Shown: positions 18,587-30,100 of the stretch, piece by piece
Position numbering within the stretch: the stretch's first letter is position 1
How the letters are laid out: every line of letters starts with the position of its first letter
NCBI GenBank assembly: GCA_963759335.1
Contig: CAVWYU010000014.1
Location: forward strand, 163,551-227,550
Length of the DNA: 64,000 bases
Direction of reading: 5' to 3'
From: an uncultured Bacteroidota bacterium
GTDB taxonomy: Bacteria > Bacteroidota > Bacteroidia > Chitinophagales > Chitinophagaceae
Translations under genes and position numbers: made by a program
Notes under the pieces: model-generated
What the model saw: the letters and a program-made list of their open reading frames with translations, nothing else
The model's database searches: none
Told to the model about the DNA's origin: nothing

Positions 18587-19828
18587 TTAATTGTTGCTAT
18601 AATAAAAAAGGCTGCTGCTGTTTTTCTCATTAAACATAGCGGCACTTAAATCCCGGATTTCCCCGGCACTCACTTCCAGGTATTTGTTCAGTTCAGTATT
18701 CATAAAAGATACATCACCCATCAGTTCGTACATCGCCAGATTTGAAGCGCGGTTCATCAGACTCATATCTTCAAAGAGGATGGCAGATTCTGTTTTGTTT
18801 TTTACTTTCATCAGTTCTTTCTCCGATATTATGGAAGAACTTAATTTATCCAGCTCTTCCCGGATGGCTTCATCCGCCGACTTCATCGGTACGCCTTTTA
18901 TCAGTTTGCCTTCAATCAATAATAAGCCGGGATCGGAAGAACCAAAATGATAACACTCTACATTGCTAAACAGTTTTTTTTCTTTTACCAATGTTTGAAA
19001 CAAACGGGAAGATCCACCGCCGCCCAATAGTTCTCCGATCAGATCCATGGCATAATATGACTTGTCTGTTCTCGCACCCACATGAAAAGCTTTATATAAA
19101 GCATCCAGGGGAACGTCTGCTTTTACTTCCATTATGCGCGCTGCTTCCTGTTCTGGTTCAACCGGTAGATGACGGATGTATTTTTCCCCGGACGGAATAT
19201 TGCCGAACCATTTCTCTGCAAGTGCCAGGGCCTTGTCTGTTTGAATATTTCCTGCCATAACGAGAATGGCATTGGCAGGGCAATAATGTTTCTGAAAGAA
19301 AGCCTTCACATCAGACAGCTTCGCATTTTCAATATGCGAAAGCTCCTTGCCAATGGTCATCCACCGGTAGGGGTGTTTCTGATAAGCAAGTTCTCTCAAC
19401 TTAAATGCGACATCACCGTACGGGCGATTAATATAGTGTTCTTTAAATTCTTCACAAACTACTTTGCGTTGTACATCCAGACTTTTTTCGCTAAAAGCCA
19501 GTGATATCATCCGGTCACTTTCCAGCCAGCAGGCTGTTTCAATATTTTCTGCCGGAAGCTGTATATAATAATTTGTGAGATCATTCGTGGTGAATGCATT
19601 GTTTTCGCCGCCGGCCATCAGGAGCGGACCTTCAAAATCTTTGATATTTACAGAACCACCAAACATGAGGTGTTCAAATAAATGGGCGAAACCTGTCTTG
19701 TCCGGACTTTCGTCCCTCGCACCCACATCATAGAGCACATTTAAAACCGCCATCGGGGTGGAATGATCCTCGTGTACAATAAACCGTAAACCATTACTGA
19801 GCGTAAACTTTTTATAATCAATCTGCAT
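18587..19828 (-). CDS. M16 peptidase, catalytic subunit
   Basis: GFAHLFEHLMF (HxxEH) and NAFT motifs; start at MQIDY (19828). Confidence 0.92.
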   Translation of the reverse strand: MQIDYKKFTLSNGLRFIVHEDHSTPMAVLNVLYDVGARDESPDKTGFAHLFEHLMFGGSVNIKDFEGPLLMAGGENNAFTTNDLTNYYIQLPAENIETACWLESDRMISLAFSEKSLDVQRKVVCEEFKEHYINRPYGDVAFKLRELAYQKHPYRWMTIGKELSHIENAKLSDVKAFFQKHYCPANAILVMAGNIQTDKALALAEKWFGNIPSGEKYIRHLPVEPEQEAARIMEVKADVPLDALYKAFHVGARTDKSYYAMDLIGELLGGGGSSRLFQTLVKEKKLFSNVECYHFGSSDPGLLLIEGKLIKGVPMKSADEAIREELDKLSSSIISEKELMKVKNKTESAILFEDMSLMNRASNLAMYELMGDVSFMNTELNKYLEVSAGEIRDLSAAMFNEKNSSSLFYYSNN

Positions 19829-19898
19829 GAAATGAAGTTCAATTCTTAAAGAAAAGAAGTGCAAGGTAATAATCCTTCAATAACCAGAACACAAAGAC

Positions 19899-21134
19899 TT
19901 AATAGATACTTTTTACTTTCATGCTCATTTCGAGCAGACCTCCGGGCCGGCGGCTGACCAGGAGTTTCACTTTGTCGCCGGTATTTTGCAACATGGACTT
20001 ATAAAGCTGGAGGTTTTGGGACAAATTATCATTTACACCAATCACCACATCATCCACTTTGAGACCCGCTTTTTCCGCCGGAGAGTCTTTCATAACGTCC
20101 CCCACCCGGATTTCTCCTTCTATCCAGTACAAGCCGAGACCGGTATAAGAGTAATCGAATTGATCGCGATAATGTGAATTGGGCGTGAGATAGAAAATCT
20201 TTTTATCGTAGTTCAAAATAATGTTAAAACGGCGTAAAACATCATTTCCAATCAATCCGGCCAGATAAGGATAAGAAGTCACATTGTATTCATCGTCAAA
20301 AATATGCGTTGGAACATTTCGGAAACGGTAGGGTCCCAATTTAAATTCTTTTAATATGGTTACCTGCATATTTGCTTTTCCACCCATGCCCTGAGCCTGT
20401 GTGGGCAGCGGTTTCTTATCCGGATAAAGCAAAGAACTATCCCTGATAAAATCAGAATTCAGTAAAAGGCATAATCCGGCGCCGGTATCAAAATAAAAGC
20501 GGGGATTCATCTCCTTTGAATCCCTGATCATCGCGCTCTCCACAGGCAGACTTACAATATTTGGCTTAAGCGAATACCCGCCTTTTGGATATTTTATATT
20601 TCCTTTTGTATACACATACATCTGACTACTGTCATAGTCAAGTTTTACAATATAGCGGGACAAAAAACTATATCCGATAATTCCGTCAATACGATCTCCA
20701 TATACACTGCTCAGAATATCATAATCGCTCACATGAAAATTCAGACTGTCTATCTGCATCGTCCCCAGTTTCAGGGACCTGTTATTCACGTATCTCAATT
20801 GCCGGACGCCGCCAATACCCATAATCAACTTGTCAGTAAGTACCGGCGTAATATTTAAACGTATGCAGGTAACAGAGTCAAGAGAAATACCACCGCTTCC
20901 TGTGTCCATAATAAAATTCAGTGTATCGGGATAACCGACCAGCTGTGCACGAATAACCACCACTCCACCGGTAAATGTTGTGAATGGAACCTGGGTGATA
21001 AGCGTTGCGGAATTGTTTGATTTCTTCTGGGCAAAACCAGTGCAGCAGCATACCAGAACCAGAATGATACTGAGGAGAGTCTTACGGGTAGCGGCAATCG
21101 GACAAACTGTATACTTATCGTTAGCAGTATTCAT
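19899..21134 (-). CDS. Exported aspartyl protease with two DTG motifs and a C-terminal PDZ domain
   Basis: FIMDTGS, FYFDTGA, GIIG/GLIG and SPAEKAGL motifs. Confidence 0.85.
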   Translation of the reverse strand: MNTANDKYTVCPIAATRKTLLSIILVLVCCCTGFAQKKSNNSATLITQVPFTTFTGGVVVIRAQLVGYPDTLNFIMDTGSGGISLDSVTCIRLNITPVLTDKLIMGIGGVRQLRYVNNRSLKLGTMQIDSLNFHVSDYDILSSVYGDRIDGIIGYSFLSRYIVKLDYDSSQMYVYTKGNIKYPKGGYSLKPNIVSLPVESAMIRDSKEMNPRFYFDTGAGLCLLLNSDFIRDSSLLYPDKKPLPTQAQGMGGKANMQVTILKEFKLGPYRFRNVPTHIFDDEYNVTSYPYLAGLIGNDVLRRFNIILNYDKKIFYLTPNSHYRDQFDYSYTGLGLYWIEGEIRVGDVMKDSPAEKAGLKVDDVVIGVNDNLSQNLQLYKSMLQNTGDKVKLLVSRRPGGLLEMSMKVKSIY

Positions 21135-21256
21135 GATTCAAAAGCGATCGGTAGTCTTGGTGCAGATTACAATTGTAACCTATCTGTTAAATCTACTAAT
21201 TTTTCTGCAGCTTCTGTTCCCGTTTATAAAATTATTGAATTGAAAAAAGGCTGACC

Positions 21257-21264
21257 TACATTTG
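21257..21264 (+). promoter_or_regulatory. -7 element TACATTTG (mqnC)
   Basis: Exact TAnnTTTG. Confidence 0.55.
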
Positions 21265-21344
21265 CTCTTGATCGTAAAGTTTAACGCACAAAGCAAAAAG
21301 CAATACGGGTTATGAGATGATTTTTTGTCTAAATGTATTTTAAT

Positions 21345-22469
21345 ATGGAGTTGGCAAAACTTTATGCAAGGGCATTACAATTTGATTTTCTTACCGTGGA
21401 AGAAGGCGTCATGCTTTTTAATCATGCACCGCTGGCCGAACTGATGTTTGTTGCGGACGAACTGCGACAAAAACAAGTTGAACATGGAAAAGTTACGTGG
21501 CAGATAGACCGCAATGTAAATACGACAAATGTTTGTATCGCAAACTGCAAATTTTGTAATTTTTATCGGATACCCGGGCATCCTGATGCCTATATCACGG
21601 ATATTGACACGTATGTAAGGAAAATTGAAGAAACTTTTAAATGGGGCGGCGATCAGTTGTTGTTACAGGGCGGTCATCATCCTAAACTGGGATTAAGTTT
21701 TTATACTGATTTGTTCCGCGAATTAAAGACGCGTTATCCCAACTTAAAACTACATACACTGGGCCCTCCCGAGATTGCCCATATCTGTAAGCTTGAAAAA
21801 AAATCTCATCGTGAAGTGATAACCGCCTTACGTGAAGCCGGTATGGATTCGCTGCCTGGTGCGGGAGCCGAAATTCTGGTTGACCGGGTCAGGCGCCTGG
21901 TAAGTAAAGGGAAATGTGGAGCGCAGGAATGGCTGGATATTATGAAAGAGGCTCACCGGCAACACATTACTACTTCGGCGACGATGATGTTTGGTCACGT
22001 GGAAACCATCGAAGAAAGATTTGAACACCTTGTAAAAATCAGGGAGGTACAGTCGATGAAACCAAAGGATGCCAAAGGATTTCTAGCTTTCATACCATGG
22101 ACCTTCCAGGATGCGGATACCTTGCTGGCCAGGATCCGTGGAGTTCATAACCTGACTACACCGGAAGAATATATCCGGATGATTGCAATGAGCCGGATAA
22201 TGCTTCCCAACGTAAAAAATATCCAGGCTTCCTGGCTAACCGTCGGGAAGGAAACTGCCCAGATATGTCTGCACGCCGGTGCCAATGATTTTGGTAGTAT
22301 TATGCTGGAAGAAAATGTGGTCAGTGCCGCAGGGGCACCCCATCGGTTTACCAGTAAGTCCATCCAGGAGGCCATTAAAGAGGCCGGCTTTAAACCGCAA
22401 TTGAGAAACCAGCAATATGATTTCCGCGAACTGCCCACATTTATGGAAGAGCAAGTGATTGATTATTAA
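21345..22469 (+). CDS. mqnC: Cyclic dehypoxanthinyl futalosine synthase (radical SAM)
   Basis: IDRNVNTTNVC, CIANCKFC, LLQGG, PGAGAEIL and GANDFGS.MLEENVV motifs; alternative start at 21333. Confidence 0.88.
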   Translation: MELAKLYARALQFDFLTVEEGVMLFNHAPLAELMFVADELRQKQVEHGKVTWQIDRNVNTTNVCIANCKFCNFYRIPGHPDAYITDIDTYVRKIEETFKWGGDQLLLQGGHHPKLGLSFYTDLFRELKTRYPNLKLHTLGPPEIAHICKLEKKSHREVITALREAGMDSLPGAGAEILVDRVRRLVSKGKCGAQEWLDIMKEAHRQHITTSATMMFGHVETIEERFEHLVKIREVQSMKPKDAKGFLAFIPWTFQDADTLLARIRGVHNLTTPEEYIRMIAMSRIMLPNVKNIQASWLTVGKETAQICLHAGANDFGSIMLEENVVSAAGAPHRFTSKSIQEAIKEAGFKPQLRNQQYDFRELPTFMEEQVIDY

Positions 22470-22613
22470 GGCTTAATGCGTAAAGCGCCAAGCGGAAAGC
22501 ATTTTCTCATACCAGCCTTGAAATTGCTTTTCGACCTTGTTTAAAATCATATAAAAGCAGAGGAAGGATCTTTTGAATAAGCCTTGCGCTTTACGCTTTA
22601 CGTCCTAAGCTTA
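22470..22613. repeat. Inverted pair of YAAAGCG-family heptamer arrays
   Basis: GGCTTAA TGCGTAA AGCGCCA AGCGGAA AGC (22470-22500) ... AGCCTTG CGCTTTA CGCTTTA CGTCCTA AGCTTA (22580-22613). Confidence 0.8.
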
Positions 22614-22697
22614 ATAAGTATTTTTTTTAGATGAGTTGCATAACCTAAAATCACATTTTCTGCGTTAAAGGTTTAGTCCCAGACCATTCCAATAACC

Positions 22698-25600
22698 ATG
22701 CAGAGCCCTTTCCGAAAACTCGTACGTATTTCCATCGTATTATTTGCCACCGTTTTACTGTGCAATTTTTTTGCTTATTATCTGGTAAACAAAAAATCTG
22801 CTGAAAATGAGGAACTTATATTGGCCAGGTCTCTTGCCGGCCGTCAACAGACCCTCAGCCAGGTAATTGCAAAACAGGCCGCTATCATAAACGGCGGAAT
22901 CTACGGTGAAGCGGAAACATGCAGGTTTAAAGACAGCCTGGCGATCACGTTAAGTGATTTTAGCAAACAACAGGAGCAATTATTGAAATGGGTGGAAAGC
23001 TCAAAATCCCCCCTTCCTGCACATCTTTTCAAAATCCGCCTCCTTTTTTCTTATATCAATCCCTACTATTCCAGCATCCAGCAGATTGGTCAGGATATCA
23101 TACAAGATGATTCTGTCATCTTCCGGATCAATAAGAAACTCTATTTACACCGGCTGGTAGAGAGCGAAGACAAATATTTACCATTGATGCGGGATATTAC
23201 CGCTCAGTTTACTCTGCTCCTGAACGAGAAAAATAAAGAATCTTCTGCCATCGAAGTCGGCAAAATGCTGTCTCTGATTGTCGCGATCATCTGCCTGATT
23301 ATTCTTGTTTTGGAGCCCGCATTTAAAAGAGGGGAGACAAATTTCAGGGATCTGCAAAAGGCAAAAAATGAATTGCAGGTTGAAAAAACTCAATTGGATT
23401 CCCTTCTTCTCTCCCAGGATGAAGCTATTCAGACCCTGTCTTATGCGATGACCTATGCAAAGATGGGATCATGGAAAGTAGATTTCGAAACAAGGGAAGT
23501 TATTCTCGGTAATGAATTCAAAGAGTTGCTTGTGATGGAAGAAAATGCTTCACGAAGGTTACCGCTGGATGAGTTCCTGGAAGAGTTTGTAGTACCGGAG
23601 GATTTTCATAACGCAGAGGATGAGTTCGGTGAAATATTTCTTAACCGGGATAATCTGGGGTATGAAAGTTCATTTTCATTTCGTGTGATCACGCGTCATG
23701 GATGGATGCGCTATTTATTTCTAAAAGGAAAAGTGGTGGATGCGAATGGATGTTTTGGAATTGCCCAGGATGTTACATCCCAAAAGGAGTCGGAGAATGC
23801 ATTGGTGAACAGCGAGCAAAAATTCCGGTTGCTTGCAGAAAATTCTGAAGATATTATTAGTGTGCACGCGGCGGATGGTACCACCTGGTATCTGTCCCCG
23901 TCTTTAACACACGTACTCGGATACGAAGTGGAAGAAGTGATTGGAACTCCCGTTCTGGATTATGTACATCCTGAAGACCGCCACAAATTCTCTAAACAGA
24001 ACCGTGGTCCGGAGCTCTTCTCCCAGGAATCACTGATTATCCGGTACAGAGTTCGCAAAAAAGATAATACCTATATCTGGCTTGAAACAATTATAAAACC
24101 CGTTGTAGATCACAATGAAGTCATTAAACTGGTTTGTACATCCCGTAATATTACCGGACAGCGCATTGCACAGGAAAAGCTGAAAAAGAAAGACCAGTTG
24201 CTGTATGCCGTGTCTCAGGCAACACATTTATTACTGAGTAATACCGATCTGAATCAGGCCATCGCCTCAGGTATTGAAATTCTGGGAACAAAAACACTCG
24301 TAGCCAGGGTGTATGTTTTCAAAAACCGGCAGGATGAAGCAACAGGTAAATGGTATACTTCTATTATCAATGAGTGGAATTTCGGAGGAAATAAGTCAAG
24401 GCTGGACGATCCCAAGATGTCCAACCTGAGTTTCGATACAATTGAACCCATCGTACAGCCACTGATTGAACGACTTCCTTTTGTAAGTTATCGCTGGAAG
24501 GAAACTGATGAACGGCTCCTGGGTATTTTTGACCGCCACCAGGTAGAAGCTACTTTGTCCATACCGATTTTTGTAAATGATTTCTTCTGGGGCTTTGTGG
24601 GCTTTGATGAATTAACGCGGGACAAGGAATGGACGGAAGGGGAATTTTCTATTCTTCAATCCTTCGCTTCGTCCCTGAGCGCGGCCATACAGCGTAAAAA
24701 AATTGAAGACGAATTGATTCAGGCAAAAGTGCTCGCGGAAACGGCAAGCCGCACGAAAAGTGAATTCCTGGCGAATATGAGCCACGAATTGCGTACACCC
24801 ATGAATGGCATCATCGGATTTACCGACCTGGTACTTACGACAGAATTGCAAAAATCACAGCGTGATTATCTGAAGAATGTAAAGAAATCTGCCTACGGGT
24901 TGTTGGAAATTATCAATGATATCCTGGATTTCTCCCGGATAGAAGCCGGCAAACTTCTGATCGATAATACTTTATTTAAACTTGACGAACTCGTGGAGGA
25001 AACCATCGATATTCTTACCCTGAAAGCATTTGAGAAAAAACTTGAAATGCTTTACCGGGTTGATCATGATATTCCTTCCCAGCTAATGGGCGACCCGGTT
25101 CGCATACGGCAAATCATTGTAAACCTGCTGGGCAACGCAATCAAGTTTACGAAAGAAGGAGAGATTTTCGTTTCAATCAGGAAACAGGGCGATTACTTTT
25201 TTCATGAAGACAGGAAATATTTGAATTTTATTATTGAAGTGAAAGATACAGGCATCGGAATAGCCAAGGATAAGCTGCAAAAAATATTTGAGAGTTTTAC
25301 GCAGGCAGATAATTCAACCACCAGGAAATATGGCGGTACTGGTCTGGGGCTTGCGATCTCAAAAAGTCTTGCTGAACTAATGCACGGATCTCTTACTGTT
25401 GAGAGTGAGGCGGGTAGAGGAAGCACGTTTTCCCTCCGTATGCCATTGGAGATTGCAAATGATCAGCCCGAGATACAGATTCAACCCAAGCCATTGTTGA
25501 AAAAGGTACTGGTAGTAGATGATAATCTGACAAACCTCCAGCTCATGGAAGAAACCCTGGGTTATTTCCAGATATATTGCGAGACGGCCTCAAACGGTCC

Positions 25601-26306
25601 TGACGCACTATTGAAAATTGATTCGGCATCTTCTTCCGGACAACCATTTGATTTAATTATAACCGATCATCATATGCCGGGTATGGATGGCATCAGTCTG
25701 GTTAAAGAAATCAAATCGTCCATGCCGGGTGTAAGTCAGCCATTTATTCTGATGCTTTCTTCTCTGGAAAAAAATCTATATCAATATGAAGCTGATAAAT
25801 CCGGCATTAATAAATTTATTTCAAAGCCTGTAAAATTACACGAACTCAATAGCACCCTGTTATCCCTGTTCGAGAAAAACATGCAAAATGATTCCCTGCA
25901 TCCTTCATTTGAATCCATTGAAAAAATCACACAGGCAGCCAGCATCATGGTCGTGGACGATGATCCGATTAATATGTTGCTGATTTCCGAAGTACTGAAG
26001 AGAATGGGGTTTGACGTTATCCAGATGCAGAATGGGAAGGAAGTAATTGAAGCGTTGCCGCATTATGATCCGGTGCTGATATTTATGGACGTGAATATGC
26101 CTGAGATGGATGGTTATACAACTACGCGCATCATACGAAAAATGCAGACTGCACAGTCAAAAATTCCAATCATTGCGCTCACAGCAGATGCAATGAAGGG
26201 CGATAAAGAACGATGCCTGGATTCAGGAATGAATAACTATGTTTCCAAGCCATTTAAAATGGAAGAAATAGAAGCGGTATTGCGGGAGTATGTTTTACTG
26301 GTTTGA
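22698..26306 (+). CDS. Hybrid sensor kinase: PilJ/NarX-like sensor, 2 PAS, GAF, HisKA, HATPase, 2 REC
   Basis: [26 protein letters not shown] and two receiver domains ([18 protein letters not shown]). Confidence 0.92.
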   Translation: MQSPFRKLVRISIVLFATVLLCNFFAYYLVNKKSAENEELILARSLAGRQQTLSQVIAKQAAIINGGIYGEAETCRFKDSLAITLSDFSKQQEQLLKWVESSKSPLPAHLFKIRLLFSYINPYYSSIQQIGQDIIQDDSVIFRINKKLYLHRLVESEDKYLPLMRDITAQFTLLLNEKNKESSAIEVGKMLSLIVAIICLIILVLEPAFKRGETNFRDLQKAKNELQVEKTQLDSLLLSQDEAIQTLSYAMTYAKMGSWKVDFETREVILGNEFKELLVMEENASRRLPLDEFLEEFVVPEDFHNAEDEFGEIFLNRDNLGYESSFSFRVITRHGWMRYLFLKGKVVDANGCFGIAQDVTSQKESENALVNSEQKFRLLAENSEDIISVHAADGTTWYLSPSLTHVLGYEVEEVIGTPVLDYVHPEDRHKFSKQNRGPELFSQESLIIRYRVRKKDNTYIWLETIIKPVVDHNEVIKLVCTSRNITGQRIAQEKLKKKDQLLYAVSQATHLLLSNTDLNQAIASGIEILGTKTLVARVYVFKNRQDEATGKWYTSIINEWNFGGNKSRLDDPKMSNLSFDTIEPIVQPLIERLPFVSYRWKETDERLLGIFDRHQVEATLSIPIFVNDFFWGFVGFDELTRDKEWTEGEFSILQSFASSLSAAIQRKKIEDELIQAKVLAETASRTKSEFLANMSHELRTPMNGIIGFTDLVLTTELQKSQRDYLKNVKKSAYGLLEIINDILDFSRIEAGKLLIDNTLFKLDELVEETIDILTLKAFEKKLEMLYRVDHDIPSQLMGDPVRIRQIIVNLLGNAIKFTKEGEIFVSIRKQGDYFFHEDRKYLNFIIEVKDTGIGIAKDKLQKIFESFTQADNSTTRKYGGTGLGLAISKSLAELMHGSLTVESEAGRGSTFSLRMPLEIANDQPEIQIQPKPLLKKVLVVDDNLTNLQLMEETLGYFQIYCETASNGPDALLKIDSASSSGQPFDLIITDHHMPGMDGISLVKEIKSSMPGVSQPFILMLSSLEKNLYQYEADKSGINKFISKPVKLHELNSTLLSLFEKNMQNDSLHPSFESIEKITQAASIMVVDDDPINMLLISEVLKRMGFDVIQMQNGKEVIEALPHYDPVLIFMDVNMPEMDGYTTTRIIRKMQTAQSKIPIIALTADAMKGDKERCLDSGMNNYVSKPFKMEEIEAVLREYVLLV

Positions 26307-26409
26307 CGGTTGATGGTTGACGGTTGACGTTGGTAAAATAAAGTACCAATCAGGTTAGTTTATGTTTTTCACTTCCAGACTTCCAGACTTCCGGTCTTCC
26401 ACACTTGAC
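26304..26409. repeat. Composite element: TGACGGT heptamer x4, spacer, inverted octamer x4
   Basis: TGACGGT TGATGGT TGACGGT TGACGTT (the first TGA is the kinase stop). Minus strand reads GTGTGGAA GACCGGAA GTCTGGAA GTCTGGAA. Confidence 0.85.
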
Positions 26410-26982
26410 TTACTGGACCGCCGCAGTCATTGCGCTTAATTTGCGGTCACCTTCATACACGTTCAATTTTACTTTCCAGATATTTGATTCTTTTTCCAGG
26501 GTGAGGTCGATTTTCAGATTCTTCATTTCATTGACTGCGGGAAGCAATTCGAAACTGATCGAATTCATATTGTGCATTTCAGTAGGCGTGAGATACTGTG
26601 CATTGATTATAAAAGGTTTTTGTCCGTCAATTTTGATGATGGTATTTTCGATCTGGTCGTAAATTTCTTTAAACTTTGCCCTGGCCTGCATAAAGTTGGG
26701 CGAATTGAAAGTTGTGCAGTTCCAATCATACACTTCATTGTTGGCTACATTATATTTCCAGATGCTGCAATAGCTGGCGCCCGGAACAGAAATGGTTGAT
26801 TTGTACTCGACCACCTGCGCACGCTGGGCAATCATATCGCCACGGATATTATGAAAGCGGTTTGGAAAATCGCGGATTACTTTTTCTAACGCAATATTGG
26901 TCTTGTTCGAAAAAACATCGTCCTGTGAGAAAAGCCACGTTGCATTCAGCAACAAAGCGAGGGTGATCATTGTGCTTCTCAT
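26410..26982 (-). CDS. Hypothetical exported protein
   Basis: Signal-peptide-like start MRSTMITLALLL at 26982; no family recognised. Confidence 0.7.
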   Translation of the reverse strand: MRSTMITLALLLNATWLFSQDDVFSNKTNIALEKVIRDFPNRFHNIRGDMIAQRAQVVEYKSTISVPGASYCSIWKYNVANNEVYDWNCTTFNSPNFMQARAKFKEIYDQIENTIIKIDGQKPFIINAQYLTPTEMHNMNSISFELLPAVNEMKNLKIDLTLEKESNIWKVKLNVYEGDRKLSAMTAAVQ

Positions 26983-27108
26983 AGCTTTGGATTTGGGAAC
27001 CAAAATATAACAAAAAACGATGAGATGCAATAGGAGAAATACGGTTTTTCGTAAGTGGTTGAACAGGTAAGATTGGGGTCTCCCCTCTAAGTATTTATAT
27101 GTATAGAC

Positions 27109-27143
27109 AGGCGTTAAGCGTTACGCGTTAAGCGTTACGCTTA
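27109..27143. repeat. Heptamer array / 14-mer duplication abutting the SNF2 stop
   Basis: GCGTTAAGCGTTAC x2 (27111-27138) followed by GC and the stop codon. Confidence 0.85.
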
Positions 27144-30100
27144 ACTGAAGAGGTATTCAACGTCCTCACGGGAAAGGCTCTTCACAAATCCATCATCATC
27201 AGCAATCAGATCCTTTGCCAAAATGCGTTTCCGGTCCTGCAATTGAAGAATCTTGTCTTCAATGCTGTCTTTACAAATCATCCGGTAAGCGAAAATATTC
27301 TTGGTTTGCCCGATACGGTGTGTCCGGTCGATAGCCTGTTGTTCAACAGCCGGGTTCCACCATGGATCTACGATGTACACATAGTCCGCTGCCGTCAGGT
27401 TAAGACCCACACCCCCGGCTTTTAGTGAGATCAGGAAAACACGACAGCTGTCATTGTCCTGGAATTCGCGTATAGCTTTTTCACGGTCTGTGGCGGTGGT
27501 ACTTCCGTCAAAATAGGCAAAAGGAATTTCGAGTTCAATCAGCTTTTCTTTGATCAGGGCCAGCATGCCCAGGAATTGTGAGAATATAAGGGCTTTATGG
27601 TTTCCGATATTTTCCGAGATTTCCCTGGCCAGCTCATCCAGTTTGATGGAATGGTTCGGGTATTTATCCGTTTCGTTCAGTATAGCAGGGGAATCACATA
27701 TCTGGCGGAGTTTCATCAGACCCTGTAAAATGGTCAGTTGTGATTTCTGTATACCCTGGGATTCAATGGTGCCCAGAATTTTATCCCGATAGTCATTCCG
27801 GTAAGCATCGTACACTTTGCGTTGCTCTTCTTCCATTTCACAAAACAGAATCGTTTCTGTTTTTTCCGGGAGATCTTTGGCAACCTGTTCCTTTGTTCTG
27901 CGAAGAATGAAAGGAAACAACAGTTTTCTAAGATGGTCCTTCCGGTCGGGCTCGCCAAATTTATCAATCGGTATGGCAAACTCCTGCCGGAAAAATTCGA
28001 TGCTCCCCAACATACCCGGATTGAGAAAGTTCATTTGCGCAAAGATGTCAAATGTATTATTCTGAAGAGGAGTACCGCTCATGCACAAACGATGTTTTGC
28101 GCGCAGCAGACAAGCCGCTTTTGTTACTTTACTGGCAGGATTCTTAATTGCCTGCGATTCATCCAGCACTACATAATCCAGGGGCATATCCATCAATAGT
28201 TTGATATCACTTCGCAGCGTGCCATAAGTAGTGATGATGACCTGAAAATTATTCAGCGCTTCTTTATTTCTCAACCGTTCGCCGCCATGATGAATCCGGT
28301 AGGTAAGTCCCGGAGCAAATTTTTTAATTTCATTCTCCCAGTTGAATATCAGTGTGGTCGGACAAACGACCAGTGCACGCAGGTGCCCGTAATGCTCTTT
28401 ATAGTGATGGAGGAAAGATAGTGCCTGTATTGTTTTTCCCAATCCCATATCATCTGCCAGAATACCTCCCCAGTTTACTTCGTGCAGATAATTGAGCCAG
28501 TGAAAGCCGTGGATCTGGTAGGGTCGAAGTGTGTGCAGCAGATGCGCCGGCGGATCGATTTCCTTTATTTTTTTAAATTCCTTTAGCTGCTCATATTTTT
28601 TCTCCAGGTGGATAATCAGCTCTTCTTCATTGCGGTTCTCGTATAATTCGTCAATCACACTCAGGTGATAACGGGATAAACGGAGTTCATTACTTTTTCC
28701 TTCCCCTACGCGGAAGAGAAGGGCGTATCTTTTTACCCATTCGTCCGGCAAAACACCCAGTGTACCATCGGTCAGCGGAACAAACTGTTGTTTATTTGCC
28801 AGCGCTTTTTTTACATCGGCAATTGATACTTTCTGGTCTCCAAATATGATATCCACCCGGGCATCAAACCAGTCAGTGCTGCTGCTGATATGAATTTTAG
28901 TCTGTGGACGGGAAGTATTAAAACGGAAATTTTTAAGTGCCTCGAACCCCTGCACGGTTACTTTCATTTCCTGCATGGCATCCATAAACAGAAAAAACCA
29001 GTTATTTTTCAAAACATCGCTCCCGCGCAAAGCCAGCCCGGATGAACCCTGGGGCTGAATGAACTGCGAATGCAGGGATTGAAGTTGTGTTATGAAAGCA
29101 GTTTCTTTCTCCTTATTGCGCTGAATAAGCAGCACTTTATCTCCATCAGGCACCACGAGCTGATCTTTTCCGATGGAAGTTGTTTCGAATCCCTTGTATG
29201 AAAAAACAGGCTGGAACAATAAGTAGTCACCTTTTTCCTGCAGCAGAACCTTTCTTTCAGGATCCCCGCTTTTGACTTCTCTGATCAGATCGTTTTCAAA
29301 TTCAACATGATATTCCTTCTGAAGTGGAATAACAAAGTTTCGCAATTGTCCCGGCCAGTCAGATTTGGAGATGGTCATACGGCCATCCGTAAATTTTGCA
29401 ATGACTGCAATATCTTCCGGTTTATCCCAGAGGTAGAGACAATTGTTTATGAATAAAATGACCTGGCTGTTACATTTATTTTGCGTGAGATCAATGGACT
29501 GTCCCGTGATCCGGGTATATGCCTTGATCTCAATATTGTTTTTATTGATGGATACTTTGAAAGAAGGACTGACCGGATCCGGTGACAGATTCACCGTCTG
29601 CAGGTTAGAGGTCTTAAATGGCTTATGACCATTCAGGAAAAAAATAAAGGGATTCTCGGACAGTTCTGTAAAGAGCTTTCTGTAGCGCGGATGAAGATAT
29701 TCTATGATCAACGCCTTCGTGTCGTCTGGCAATTCTTCTCCTTCCGTATGAATAATATTCTCCCACATGCCACTGAATGGCGAATTGCGGTTGAGGTACT
29801 TATTTACTTCCTGTTCCTGCGTTTTCCGGAGGGAAAAAACCAGCTGACGGTCTGCTTCATTTAATTTTTCGGTATTTACAAACTTTGCCAGCTCGAGTTT
29901 TTCAACCTTTCCCACATAAGCGGTCTGTTGTTCGTTGCTTTCGCCACTGATGGCATCGAGCAGGAAACCAGGATACGATTCATGATTGAAATTAAAAACC
30001 ACACCGAGCCGTTGTACTGAACTGGCTTTTTGTTCGGGTTCCAGTACTTCTTCGGCCACTTCACTTTCAATTTCCGGTTTCGGTCTTGATAAGGCGGCCG

